The notes: generated by a model not told the origin, from the sequence alone. DNA of 64,000 nt from Octopus sinensis (GCF_006345805.1 NC_042999.1:114638001-114702000), one strand, 5' to 3'. Shown: positions 12,483 to 24,613, numbered from the stretch's first letter. A program made the numbers and translations.

Positions 12483-13762
12483 CAGGGTGCCCTCAAAAGT
12501 GTATATACACTTTTTGTGGTACCCTGGTACTGCTGATATCTTATTTAATTTTCTTTATTTTATTTTATTTTTTAGATTTAATACATTAGAAATAATGAAA
12601 TGAAATAGATTAGATTTGATCAAGGGAAGTTTGTCCCAAAGTGTTACTGGAAGTTTGAAAACGCAATCAAAGTTCAAAGACAGTTTAGGGGGAATTTCAA
12701 ACATATCCACCACCTGCGCGACGTACTACCAATCGAATTAGAAATAAGATTGAAGCAGGCTAGCCTGTTCAGAATGTCCACAAGAAATGCTCGAGAAAAC
12801 CACAGGCATCGACGATCCCCCAAAATCAAGAAAGGGTACTAGGAACGTATTGACAGAGGCCAAGTACATTCGTGCAGCAAGCGAGTCGTGAGAATTTCAA
12901 AGCGAATTTCAAAGAATTTTGAAGTCAAGCGGCAATTGCATTTTGAAGCACTGTCATTAGAAAAGCTACATTCCAAGAATGATCCATGCTTTCAATGAAG
13001 ATGACCTGAGTCTAAGAAAGAAGTTTTACGAGTGCTACTTGGCAAGATGTGTAGAAGATACACACTTTCCGACAAAGATTGTTTGGAGTGATAAGGCTAC
13101 ATTTAAGTTAAATGACTCAGTTAACCGCCACAATTGCACTTACTGAGGAGCTTAGAATCTGCATATTACGTAGGAATATCAGTTCAATTTATTAGGAGTT
13201 GCAGTATAGAGCGGCTTATCATCAAAAGGATTAATTGGGCGATTCTTTTTTGACGGTACTTGAACTTGCTGCGATAATCTTCATGCCAAGCATTCAATAG
13301 AATTTTGAAGATGTGAAGTTTTACATCCAGTGAAATCGGAGAGCCCACACTACCATAACGATGTAAAGGCCAACCTTGATATTTTTAAACATATGGATTG
13401 GATGAAGAGATTCAGTGGAATACACACTGTGTTCAACGGAGCTCAGACTACTCGACTTTTTACTGGAATACTTAAAATATAAATTTAACGGTACAAAACT
13501 GGCAACAGCCGACAACGTCATTGGCAGCATGCAGCGAGACTGCACAGAAATGCGCAGCAAAATGTTTGTTGCCGCTTCCGATTTAGGTGCTTTGCTTTAT
13601 CGGCAATTCGTGGACCAGAATACCTATCAGTGTAAAATACGGCCTTCATAAAAATGAAATTCTGGATGTAGATTCTATTAAATTTTGAAAATGAAATATA
13701 TTTTAATAAAGACTGACATTATCATAATTCAACATGTGCACACATTTTTGAGGGACTCTCTA
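12483..13762 (+). mobile_element. Full-length decayed Tc1/mariner-superfamily transposon (rosa/DD41D-like)
   Basis: TIRs TA|CAGGGTGCCCTCAAAAGTG and CATTTTTGAGGGACTCTCTA|TA. Transposase traces [41 protein letters not shown] and CSTELRLLDFLLEYLK (WPPRSPDLTPLDFFLWGYLK-like). Confidence 0.88.
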
Positions 13763-13858
13763 TACATAACTGTATATATATGCGCATATGCGCATGTGCG
13801 TATATATGGATATCAATATAACTATATGTACGCAAGTATAAATATATATATACATACA

Positions 13859-13987
<129 letters not shown>

Positions 13988-13994
13988 GTGTATA

Positions 13995-14135
13995 TTAAAT
14001 TCACTTCAACATTTAAATTTAATTTGTCAAAATATTTTCGTCGCTTTGCTGCAGCACGGAATTTTTTTAGTGAATATAATGATTTAAATGATTTAACAAC
14101 ATCCCGAGAGTTCGTCACTTTGTTTAATTTTCCCC
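13995..14135 (-). mobile_element. Short element between (TA)n tracts, possibly a Penelope-like terminus
   Basis: Complex 140-bp island flanked by (TA)n. The minus strand has CAAAGCGACGAAAATATTTTGAC, resembling the 3' half of a hammerhead. Confidence 0.3.
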
Positions 14136-14138
14136 ATA

Positions 14139-14180
<42 letters not shown>

Positions 14181-14433
14181 TGTTCTAAACTTGGCTTTCG
14201 TCTTGATCTGTATGGCAATTCTACGAAAAAGTATCCTAGTTATAATTGCAAGGCATTTTATTGATACTTTTACTAACTCACCTTAATTAATCTTAATTTC
14301 CATACGCAATGTTACTTTCGGTGATTCGAGAATATTTGTAAAATGTTTTGGCCGCCGCAGACTGGAATTATTAGTTTTCTTGATATTTCGGCCGTTTCCT
14401 TACATCACTGTTTTCTAATACGCAGTGTATATA

Positions 14434-14632
14434 CCGTATATTCTGGCATACAAGTTGATGTCGTATATTGTGTAGATATCTAGTGTAAGCATTCTGCCAA
14501 CCTCACTGTTTTTCTCTTCCCTAATCCTGCTGCATTTCAAATTGAATCTTTGGTCCTCCAATGTTGTCTTTCTGTGTAAGCTGGCTGCAAATTTTGGCCT
14601 GAAAATTTCGTCATGTATACTGGAAAATACAG
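14434..14632. mobile_element. MITE with TA target site (pogo/mariner-type CCGTA ends)
   Basis: TA|CCGTATATTCTGGCATACAAG ... CATGTATACTGGAAAATACAG|TA; about 17/25 TIR match. A similar single end is at 28197-28225 (GGACTATTCTCGAGGATTTACGG|TA). Confidence 0.6.
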
Positions 14633-14708
14633 TAAACAATAAAATTTTCCAGCGTCTTATTTTTTCGGTCAGCTGAGGAGGTATCACACGGCTATATAGT
14701 TAAGAATA

Positions 14709-15412
14709 TCTGGGTGCAAATAATTCATGAGCATTTCTTTTTTTCAAATTTAAAAATGCACGTAGAAATTAAATGCTTTGGTAAAATGTTTTACGTCATT
14801 TAAAAGAGAACTTTTGCTCCACAAGATAGTGTGTTTTGATTTTTCAATTTTATTGATTTTTGTGTATTTCTAGATCATTAAAATGGAATGTCAAGTGGAC
14901 AAAACTGAGCATTTTCGACACCAGTTACTTTTTACATTTAATCGAGGTGTTAAGGCTGCCGAAGCTGTTCGTAAGATTTGTGCTGTGTATGGAGAAGGAG
15001 CAATGCCTCAAAGTACCGCCAGCCGTTGATTTTCGCGCTTCAAAAATGGGAATTTTGACGTTAAGGACAGATTACATATCGGTCGACCAACCGAGTTCGA
15101 TGAAGAACGATTGAATGAAATTCATCACGAAAATCGACGTCAGACGACTAGAGAATTGACGGAGCAGATAGACTGTGATAAAAAAACTGTGGTGAACCAA
15201 CTTCACTCAATGGGCAAGGTTCAGAAACTCAGTGTTTGAGCGAAAACAACAAAAATCATCGCTCCACAATCGCTTCCTCGACATCGCTCAACACATGATT
15301 TCAAACAACGTTTTCTTTATCGCATTGTCACAAGCGATGAAAAATGGCTCCTTTACGCCAATATGAAGCAGCGAAAAAAACGGCTCAGCTCCGAGAAACA
15401 AGCGACGCCGAG
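14709..15412 (+). mobile_element. Mariner, 5' half (pseudogenised transposase)
   Basis: From ATG 14883: MECQVDKTEHFRHQLLFTFNRGVKAAEAVRKICAVYG...FKNGNFD...ENRRQTTRELTE...MGKVQKL...[14 protein letters not shown]. Truncated before the second catalytic Asp. Confidence 0.9.
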
Positions 15413-15492
15413 GAAAGCAAGGCCTTCCTCCTCGAAAGACCTTGTTTCCTTTGTATCGTCTGTCTGGATGCTTTGCGTTCTTGTCCCATTTT

Positions 15493-15610
<118 letters not shown>

Positions 15611-15612
15611 TA

Positions 15613-15648
<36 letters not shown>

Positions 15649-15893
15649 TGTATACTCATATTGTGTGTTCTATTTTTCCTGTTTGAATCGTCAAACCTGT
15701 ATATATACATTCATACAGTATGTGTGTATTGGTATATATGTATACGCAAACACACATATATAACATTCACACACACATACATACATAAATATGTATATAT
15801 ATATATATAAACATATCTATATAATCCAGTAAATTCATGTTACTAATAGTTTCAAATTCTCTTGTGTGCTTATCATGAGTCATCGATTGAGGA

Positions 15894-15930
15894 CTGATGA
15901 TAAGTAATCAGTTACTTGGAAATAGCTTTA
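15894..15930 (+). ncRNA. Hammerhead-core-like motif
   Basis: CTGATGA (15894-15900), stem II TAAGTAA-tcag-TTACTTG, GAAA (15919-15922), then a near-palindromic TAGCTTTA. The stem I partner is not evident. Confidence 0.45.
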
Positions 15931-17094
15931 AAATATTAATAAAATATTGATATCATTGTATAACTGTAAAATAGATATAAATTAAATTCATGTTCATTGT
16001 ATTGAGTACTCTACACTTTGACACATGAAGCACATTTGATCACCATCTGTATATTTATATATGCTTGTGTGTGAGTGTGCATACGTGTATGTGTGTGTAT
16101 GTGTGTACGTGTACATCGGTGCAAGTAGTCCGTCAAGTTACATTGCTTTATGCTTTGGAATTGCAAAAAATAAATACTAGATTGAGATATATTGTGGATA
16201 TATATTTATAGTGGATATGATTGTCTAAAAGCCTTAAAAAACTTACGCATTACTGCAATCAAATCACTGAAACCAATGAAATAATATACTAACAACACTT
16301 TTCAAGTTAACCAAACATTTTAGACAACGACAAAAAGGTTGGCTGGTATGAATAACATAAAGCAAGTAAAAACTTAATTTCAATTCAAAATTTTAATTTA
16401 TTTTGTCATTGTACTTTTTTGAATTTATTATTATCATTATTATCATTGTTATTATTATTATTATTGATATTATTATTATTGTTGTTGTTGTTGTTATTGT
16501 TTCTTCAAGGGTGCATGAATACCTTTCTCTGATACTATGTTTGGACCAGTGTCATGGTTAACAATTTTGTGTGTGAGGTTTGTGTCTGGTTGAATCACGT
16601 TTATGTGTATTAGCGTATGTGCGTGTGTGTATGCCTGTATAAGTGTGTATGTATATGTGTGCGTGTATACGTGACTGTCCATTTTATGTATTTTATATAA
16701 TCTTGATGTGAATATCCTTCAGCCCTCTTTTAATCCATAATTCATTTATCCGATTTAAAATATTTTTTAACACCAGATTAAGGAACAAAAATTCTTGTGA
16801 TTTTTGAGGGACGAGGCATTTTTTTTTTGTATTATCACTGTTGCTGTTGTAGTTTTCTTTTGTTATTTTTGTTTCAGTGTGCATCACATAGCATATACAA
16901 CTTTTACAATAAATAGAAAATATACTGAAAAAGAGTCAACGAACAAAGCGAGAGACAAGTTAAAATGCGATTTATACACAATAACCTGATGTCACTCGCG
17001 TTGAAATAGTCGAATACCAAACACTGGACATAGTGAAGGAAGTACAATTTCTGGGGAGTGGAGGATTTAATATCATTTTTTCAAAATAATAATG

Positions 17095-17115
17095 TTAATA
17101 ATAATAATAATAATA

Positions 17116-17209
<94 letters not shown>

Positions 17210-17220
17210 TTATTATAATA
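17095..17220. repeat. (AAT)n microsatellite
   Basis: Seen directly. Confidence 0.95.
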
Positions 17221-17447
17221 AGTAAGTAGAAGTTAAAATGGAGATGGACATGATATTATATTCTGGGGTTGACTAAAATATCCCCACCACAAAAATTGTT
17301 TTACCATGTTGGGTGGTGGTAAAGCGACTCTTCTGTATACAGGGACTTGTGTTTGCTAATCATATGCTTGAGAGTTTTGGAAATTCGTGGAGTAGAGGAT
17401 GTATATAACGCATATTCGTACATACATACAGACACATATACTTTTAC

Positions 17448-17511
<64 letters not shown>

Positions 17512-18735
17512 ATATATTATATATATATATATATATGTATATACACGCACGCACACATACACACATGGATGGATGTACAATCTTATAGACATGTTCCTGT
17601 GTATAGGATTTTGTTTTTTGTAATTTTTTTTCTCATATTTTCGTGTTTTCATTTTGTTCATCGCCTCAATAATATGCAATCGGAGTTTGATATTTGTTTA
17701 TTTATATTAGGAGAATGAATCGATGTTAATTGATACACTGAAATTCTTTATAAACAGTCTCTGCTGTAATGTTTGTTGTCATTATTATACATACATTTAT
17801 AATTATAATTTTAATTGTTATAATTATTGTTATTATTATTTCCCGACTTGATAAAGTGAACAAAATAAGTCCACTCTTTCCTGATGGCTTCTATCCGGTG
17901 ACAGAAAGAGCTGTATTTTGTTTTTCTTTGTCACTAATGGTTACTAATGACGGCTGAACAATGTCTTATTACTGGTGCATTTTTATAGGACGTTTTTGTC
18001 TGGGAGTATGTCTTTGATTGAGGCTGCTCGCGACAGTTAGTAATTGCAACGTATTTGAATATTGCAGTGAATGATGGGAAAAATAACAGAAAAAAATGTT
18101 GGAATGTTGAGACAATAATGGAGATAGAAGAAATGAGACAGACTGAGTAAGGGAGAAAAAGCTTGGGAGGGAGTAACAAAGTGTGTGTGTGTGTGTGTGT
18201 GTGTGTGATAAAGACAAGCAGATCAAAGAGAATTAAGAGACTCCTCCATAACCAAACATAAGGGAGATAATTTTCAATGCAGACAGTTTCAAAATCCAAT
18301 GGAACAGTAATCATTTGCTGTTTGGTTTTGCTTTTATTTTTGGTTGGTCTTGAAGGTATTTCAGTTTTTTGCTTTATTCAATTCTTTCTTCTAGTCGCAA
18401 ATTCAATCAGACCTATCATCATTTCTTGTCTAAAGTCTGTGTCTCTCTCTCTTGTTTTTTCTTTCTCTTGCACACACACACACACACACACACACACGCG
18501 CGCCGCGCACACACACACACACACACACATTCGCACACACACACATACACACACACACATGTCTGTATGTATGTGTTCACACACATGAATGTAAGACTTG
18601 TTGCTTTCTCTGTGCTTGCAAAAGTGTTCATTTTAGGCAAACAGTTCGCTGGAGATAGGAATGTTTAAACATTTCTTTTGCATTTTACTTTTTCTATAGC
18701 TTTTCATGAAAATGTTTAATTTTGTTTTGCTTTTT

Positions 18736-18784
18736 CTTTTATTTGTAATTTCATATATTTATTTATTTATTTATTTATTTATTC
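18736..18784 (-). promoter_or_regulatory. Possible proximal polyadenylation signals in the Mnx 3' UTR
   Basis: A (TTTA)n run on plus gives repeated AATAAA on minus, 40-90 nt after the stop. It may simply be a microsatellite. Confidence 0.25.
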
Positions 18785-18824
18785 TTCTGTGTTCCAACAC
18801 AGTAAAGCAACAATATCATTATAA

Positions 18825-19244
18825 TTATCCTCTCGTTGGTTGCACAATGTTACACTGGACAGTGGGTATTACTTGAGCAACGCTTGCCGCTGGAGTCTTC
18901 AATGTATCTGATTCTGTCGATTTCGGACTGTTGATGCAAACGACAGGGGGTGGATGCAAGGGTAACCGATTAAAATTCGAGTCATTTGATTCACATTCCA
19001 TTTTCTTGATTCTGGCATCAACTGGTTGCAACGAGTCGTCTGGTCCAATGTCATCGACAACTAACGGGATCATACTGTCTTTTCCATCTTGATCGTCTGA
19101 TCCGTCAGCATTGCCGCCATTAGAGTCACATCTGCTCTCGTTTTTAGCATCGTTTTTATCAGCTATTGCTTTAGCTTTCGCTTCAAGGGCTGCTTTTTTG
19201 CTTCGTTTCCATTTCATCCGACGATTTTGAAACCAAATTTTCAC
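18825..19244 (-). CDS. Mnx: Mnx/HB9 last coding exon (helix 3 plus acidic C-terminal tail)
   Basis: Acceptor ttttcggtttctctccaacag|GTG AAA ATT TGG. Reads VKIWFQNRRMKWKRSKKAALEAKAK...DGSDDQDGKD...QPTRG, with TAA at 18827-18825. In frame (phase 0) with the upstream exon, splitting the homeodomain at the common Q44/V45 position. Confidence 0.96.
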   Translation of the reverse strand: MKIWFQNRRMKWKRSKKAALEAKAKAIADKNDAKNESRCDSNGGNADGSDDQDGKDSMIPLVVDDIGPDDSLQPVDARIKKMECESNDSNFNRLPLHPPPVVCINSPKSTESDTLKTPAASVAQVIPTVQCNIVQPTRG

Positions 19245-19650
19245 CTGTTGGAGAGAAACCGAAAAGAAAAAGAAAACTTAATAAGAAGCTTATTTTGCAT
19301 TAAGAAATTAAGAACAACAATATTTGTATTATTACTGTCTCCAGTCCTAGGGTTATGATCATCGTCGCTATCAATCCCATTGCATAAACTGATCCAACCA
19401 ATGAGCCAAAAACAACCAATGAAAGTTTTGTTAATCAGAAGCATGCATTCCAAAGATCAGGAATGTTTTTTGACTACAGTGAAACTGGGTAATACAAACT
19501 GATTTGAAGTGCAAATACACATGCATGCATACATATATACATATAAACTTTACAACACGTGTCGAGGGTTCTTTTCTATTGTCTGCACATTCCTCTGTCT
19601 TTCTCTAGATGTGTGGTAAGTGTGCATGTATATATGTGCAAGTGTGAGCG

Positions 19651-19706
<56 letters not shown>

Positions 19707-19740
19707 TGTATGTATATGTGCATATATGTATATATGTATA

Positions 19741-19950
19741 CAATTATTCGGTAGCCATGATAAAACTCCGAGCTTTAGTTGGCCGGATAACTGAAGAGAT
19801 GGCGGCGTGGATTTCCACCCGGCAGCCGAAACTCGGAGTTTTATCATAGCTACCGAATATTTGTTACCTATTACATTTACAGATAAATTTCTCTATTTAC
19901 ATAATATCGAGGTCTCTTTCATTCTTTTGATGTCTTACCATTTCTATCAA
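19741..19950 (+). mobile_element. Fold-back element with a hammerhead-like core, between TA-rich tracts (Penelope pLTR-like)
   Basis: Arms 19741-19772 and 19832-19863 are 30/32 complementary and enclose CTGAAGAG...CGAAA. Confidence 0.65.
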
Positions 19951-19969
19951 TATATATATATATACAAAC

Positions 19970-20136
19970 ACGAAAGGCTTCTTACAGTTTCCGTAAACAA
20001 AATTCATTTACAAAGACTTGGTCAGCCCGGAGCTATAGTATTTGACACTTATCCAAGAAATCATGCAGTGGGACTGAACCCAAAACCATGTGTTTGGCAA
20101 GCAAACACTGTGTCTTATGCACAGAGCTACACCTGC
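19970..20136 (-). mobile_element. SINE family B, 5' half
   Basis: GCAGTGGGACTGAACCC and CAGTTTCCGTAAACAAAATTCATTTACAAAGACTTGG are the reverse complement of 21100-21225. Confidence 0.8.
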
Positions 20137-20263
20137 AGCTGTCTCTCTCTATCACTGTCTCTTTCGTTCTCTTTCTCCATCTGGCTGTCTCTCTCTCCCT
20201 CTCGCTCTCTCTCCTCTCTCCCTCCCCCCTCTCTCTCTCTCTGTATATATACATATGTGTCTC

Positions 20264-20303
<40 letters not shown>

Positions 20304-20857
20304 TGTGTGTGTGTGTGTATGCACTTCTCAAAAAGTAGATTATCTTGCATATTACTTATTGAATAAACAAATACTGTCAGGTAATTACCAGCAATCTGTT
20401 TTCAGAGATCAAAGAACAGCATTCTCCGTGTTCTAAGGTAAGCAACTTTCACACACATACACTCATGTTATATATTCCGCCATCGCACGTTGTTACCCTC
20501 TATATCACACCACACTTACATATGGAAATACAAGGATACGTAAACGTAATTGTTTGTCTTGTAATTATTCTATAATAAGAAACATTTGAAGAAAGACAAA
20601 CATGTGAAAGAGCGAAGACGGCGGCATATATAAAAAAAACACTGCCGTATACTGTCGGGTACCACGTGTCATAGGGTGGTAGTACATAAAGCTGACGTCA
20701 GGTCAATTTCCTTTCACCTTTAAGTGTCCATACGAGGTTTTATATAACAATACCGTCTGTTTACTTTGCATGCACTTGACGGTGGCAACTAAGACATGCA
20801 TGGCTCATGAATGCATTATCGTTCTCTCTACTTCCCTTTCCTTCTTTCTTTCTTTCT

Positions 20858-20890
<33 letters not shown>

Positions 20891-21080
20891 TTTCTTTCTT
20901 GTCTTTCTTTATCTCTCTCTGTCTCTCTGCATATATATATATACATATATATAGAGAGGATGCATATCATCTTTACATATATACATACTAACATACACAC
21001 TATTTATATATGCACACATATGCATACACATTCACATGTACATATATTCACAAATACACGAACATGTGTATGTGTGTGTA

Positions 21081-21460
21081 TATGGCTGTGTGGTAAGAAG
21101 CTTGTTTCCCAACTACATGGTTCCGGGTTTAGTCCCACTGCGTGGCAAGTGTCTTCCACTACAGCCTCCGGCCAACCCAAGCCTTGTGGGTGGATTTGGT
21201 AGACGGAAACCGAAAGAAGCCCGTCGTATATATATGCATATGTGTGTATTTGTGTGTCTGTGTTTATCCCCTCATCATCGCTCGATAACCGATGTTGGTG
21301 TGTTTAAGTCCCCGTAACTTAGCGGTTCGGCAAAGGAGACCGATAAAATAAGCACTAGGATTACAATGAATCTATCAAGGGGTCGATTTGTTCGACTAAA
21401 GGCGGCGCTCCAGCATGGCCGCAGTCAAATGACTGAAACAAGTAAAAGAATAAAAGAATA
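21081..21460 (+). mobile_element. SINE family B, full length (tRNA-like head, internal microsatellite, AAAAGAAT tail)
   Basis: TGGCTGTGTGGTAAG (box A), GGGTTTAGTCCC (box B), GCCTTGTGGGTGGATTTGGTAGACGGAAAC and CAGCATGGCCGCAGTCAAATGACTGAAACAAGTAAAAG; homologous to 34681 and 59238. Confidence 0.9.
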
Positions 21461-21503
21461 ATACACACACACACAAGTCTACATGTACATTTATACATGA
21501 TTA

Positions 21504-21597
<94 letters not shown>

Positions 21598-22029
21598 GAT
21601 ATATGTATATGTACATATGTTTCTTGGTGTATATGTGTGTGTGTATATCTATATATGTAAGTTTGTATGTATTATCTACAAGTATATCTGTATACGCTTA
21701 CATTCGCATAATATACTGAGTTTATGAACTTCAATTAGCTATAGCTTAAAAAACTTTCATCTGTTTCCATGGCGTTCTTTAGACGTTACAGCCCACATCT
21801 TGTATATTAACTCCTCGACTTTCTGCTAGTCAGGAAGTACGTTCTGTTGAAAATATGTGCTACTATTGATGTTGTTATTGTTTAGATTTATCAAGCAAAC
21901 CGACCGAAAGAACTCCAACCGTGACGATCGCAACTTTTTAGACGGAGTACGAGTAACTTAATCTATGTCCTTTCTATTCTTTTGCATCTTCGTAGTATGT
22001 GGAAAACTATGGAGATTAGCTGCTATGGG

Positions 22030-23265
22030 AGATGAGACCTTGCTTGAAAAGGCTGAACAACCAAGCCCAAGAACACTTACATTGTCGGCAGAACTTTGTC
22101 TTTGACAAAGAACTATCAATCGATTCCTCCGTAAGCTCGGCCTTATGAACAGATGCCGTCGAAAAGCTCCTCATAACCTGACTAACGACCAATGGACGTT
22201 ATCAAAGAAGCTTGAGAGGCGGTTGGATGGAACCTACACTCGCCTCCTTATGAGAGCTCAAAATCTCTCGTGGAGGCGCCATCCAACTAAAATGCAAATA
22301 TATGGGAAATTACCACCTGTGTCATCTCTTGTGAAAGGTAGGAGAGTCCAGTTTGCTGGACATTGTTGTAGAGCTGAAAAAGAAGTAATTTCTACTCTTC
22401 TCCTCTGGAAGCCATCTACTCGCAACACCAGGAGCGCCACACTCTCCTACCCTGATGTAATCTCCAGGGATACAGGCATCCAGCAACAGGACCTCCGTAA
22501 TGCTATGATGGACCGTGAAGTCTGGCGCAACATAGTAAATTCCATTGTCTCGACCACGGTCGAACAATGAATGAATGAACGACCAATTACAACGATGTGT
22601 GAGCATTTGCAAACAACTGCGGTCAAACCTTCAGGACGCCTGGTTTTGGCGTCGAATTTTAAATGGGGACGAAAATGGCTCTACTTTCGCAATTCTAATA
22701 AGAGAAATATCGCTTCGTGACGGTCAGGCTTTAGAACCTGTTGTCAAATAAGGGTGGTTTAAACGGAAGGTCATGCTGTGTGTTTGGAAGTACTTCGAGG
22801 TGGTATTGCATTTTGTCCTTGTCCCAGACGGTCATGCTGTGAATGCAAACTTTTTTATGATCAACAACTGTAACGAGTATATGGTGCTTTAAAAGCACCC
22901 CACCAAGCCTCGATCAATCGAAGATGCACACTCCTTCAGCATGGCAATGTCCCAGCACATACTGTCAATATAACCAAGCGCAAACTTGATTAACTTGAGG
23001 AACTCGAATTACTGTTTCACTCTGCCTACAGGCCGGACATTGCACTATCAGATTACCACCTTTCCGAGCCATGGCTAATTTCCTACACGGATGGAGGTTC
23101 AACAATATGGATGAGGTTGAAAATGGGTGTACGGAAATTTTTGCCTCTAAACCAGCCAAATGTTGGCAACAGATAATAGAATATGATGAGATATATTTTG
23201 ATGAATAAACGCTTCTCGTATGTGCTTTGCTTGAACTATTAATGAAAACTTTTGACTCAACCTAG
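22030..23265 (+). mobile_element. 5'-truncated decayed mariner interrupted by an RTE LINE
   Basis: TINRFLRKLG...APHNLTND|QLQRCVSICKQL...ILNGDE...KVMLCVW...LLQHGNVPAH...PDIALSDYHLFRAMANFLHG; right end TTTTGACTCAACCTAG|TA. Confidence 0.85.
22194..22577 (+). mobile_element. Young 5'-truncated RTE-type LINE with 10-bp TSD
   Basis: Uninterrupted ORF2 C-terminus WTLSKKLERRLDGTYTRLL...FAGHCCR...AMMDREVWR, stop at 22568-22570, (TGAA)n tail. TSD AACGACCAAT at 22184-22193 and 22578-22587. Confidence 0.9.
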
Positions 23266-23408
23266 TATGTCTAAAAGTCTTATGTATGTATGTATGTATG
23301 TATGTATGTATGTATGTATGTATGTATGTATGTATGTATGTATGTATGTATGTAGGTAGGTAGGTAGATAGGTAGGTGAGAAGATAAGTATAAAGAAAGA
23401 GTGATTAC

Positions 23409-23569
23409 CTGTGTTTCCGTCAGCATTAATGACGTGGCGACTTCAAAACGTTTTGGTCTGGAAAGGTATTTGTTGAGTTTGAACTGTCGTTCAAGTTCTA
23501 AAAGCTGTTGGCTTGTAAATGCTGTTCTTGGTCTCCGCGTCTTACCAACAATGTTCGGCTGACCCTGAC
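23409..23569 (-). CDS. Mnx: Mnx/HB9 homeobox gene, internal coding exon (exon 2; homeodomain up to residue 44)
   Basis: Translates (x)[53 protein letters not shown], nearly identical to the vertebrate MNX1 homeodomain as I recall it ([54 protein letters not shown]). Minus-strand acceptor tttatttctttttcaag|GTCAG (phase 1), donor ACACAG|gtaatc; length 161 nt. Confidence 0.96.
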
Positions 23570-24349
23570 CTTGAAAAAGAAATAAAATAACTACATAAGT
23601 AGGCACATAAACACACATCGTATCAAGAAAGCTATCAACTTAGTCGATTCAGTTTTATAAGATTAACTAACTGCATACTTGTTTTACGCAGCGGTTGTTG
23701 TTGAGCAAATATAACAAGCGGTGATACATTCATGACGTATGATGAGATAGATTCAATCACGTGACTCATTTCTGTTGATTGTAATTTATCTCCAGTTTAA
23801 CTCTAATCGAGCAGACATAATTTCAATGATTTTCTAGACGTCACCATAACATTTTCTATGACCGCTATCGCAATTATCTAATGATTGGCTGCTATTTCTA
23901 ACAGATTGAACAACAACATAGAGGTCCAATTCATTCGCTTCACTCATTATTTTTCTCTTCTATTGATTAGAATGTTAGTGCTGGTGTTGTTGGCAGTTTT
24001 TTTGTTTTTTTTTGTATCAGGTCAAATTTTGCCGCAAAAGAAGTATGATCAAAAGCAAGCTGTCATGACCATGTCGTCTGTTTATGAAGTACCTAAGATT
24101 ACAGTGTGCAATGTGCCATTTCTTTGTATAAAACTGTACTGTGTGATTTTAAGGGGATTTGGCTTGCGAGATCTAGTAGATTGAGCTAACGTACAGAAGC
24201 TCCATATTTGCTCGAAATAGCATCGAACAATTAGTCAAATGTAATGAGGCTACACATGCATATGTGTATGTGTGTGTGAGAGTGAGAGAGAGAAAGAGAA
24301 TGAAAGAAAGAACGTGAGCGTTGTATGTGCATGTGTGTACGCATGTGTA

Positions 24350-24429
<80 letters not shown>

Positions 24430-24574
24430 TGTGTGTGTGTCTATAATTTTAATATGACAGAGCCATCAGATTTCGAAACATCAACCTTATTGAGATTGAA
24501 TAAAATGAAACAGCTTCTGTTCTAAAATTAGGAAGTCATTTTACTATTTCTCCTTTTTTTCTTCATCACTGTGA

Positions 24575-24613
<39 letters not shown>

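Larger units (their letters stand above)
19245..23408 (-). other. Mnx: Mnx intron 2 (4164 nt, GT-AG)
   Basis: Bounded by canonical gt (23408-23407) and ag (19246-19245) on the minus strand. Contains SINEs, a mariner, an RTE fragment and a hairpin element. Confidence 0.93.

Noticed and set aside
23280-23618. ORF-track start (MCVYV...) and tail (VITLSL...YIHT) of the homeobox ORF
   Set aside because: These are intronic read-through on each side of the true exon 23409-23569.
23885-23905. Recurrent TTGGCTGCTATTTCTAACAG motif (similar near 4113, 29416, 58896, 62588) as a regulatory site
   Set aside because: More simply the conserved part of an old dispersed repeat whose boundaries I cannot define by eye.
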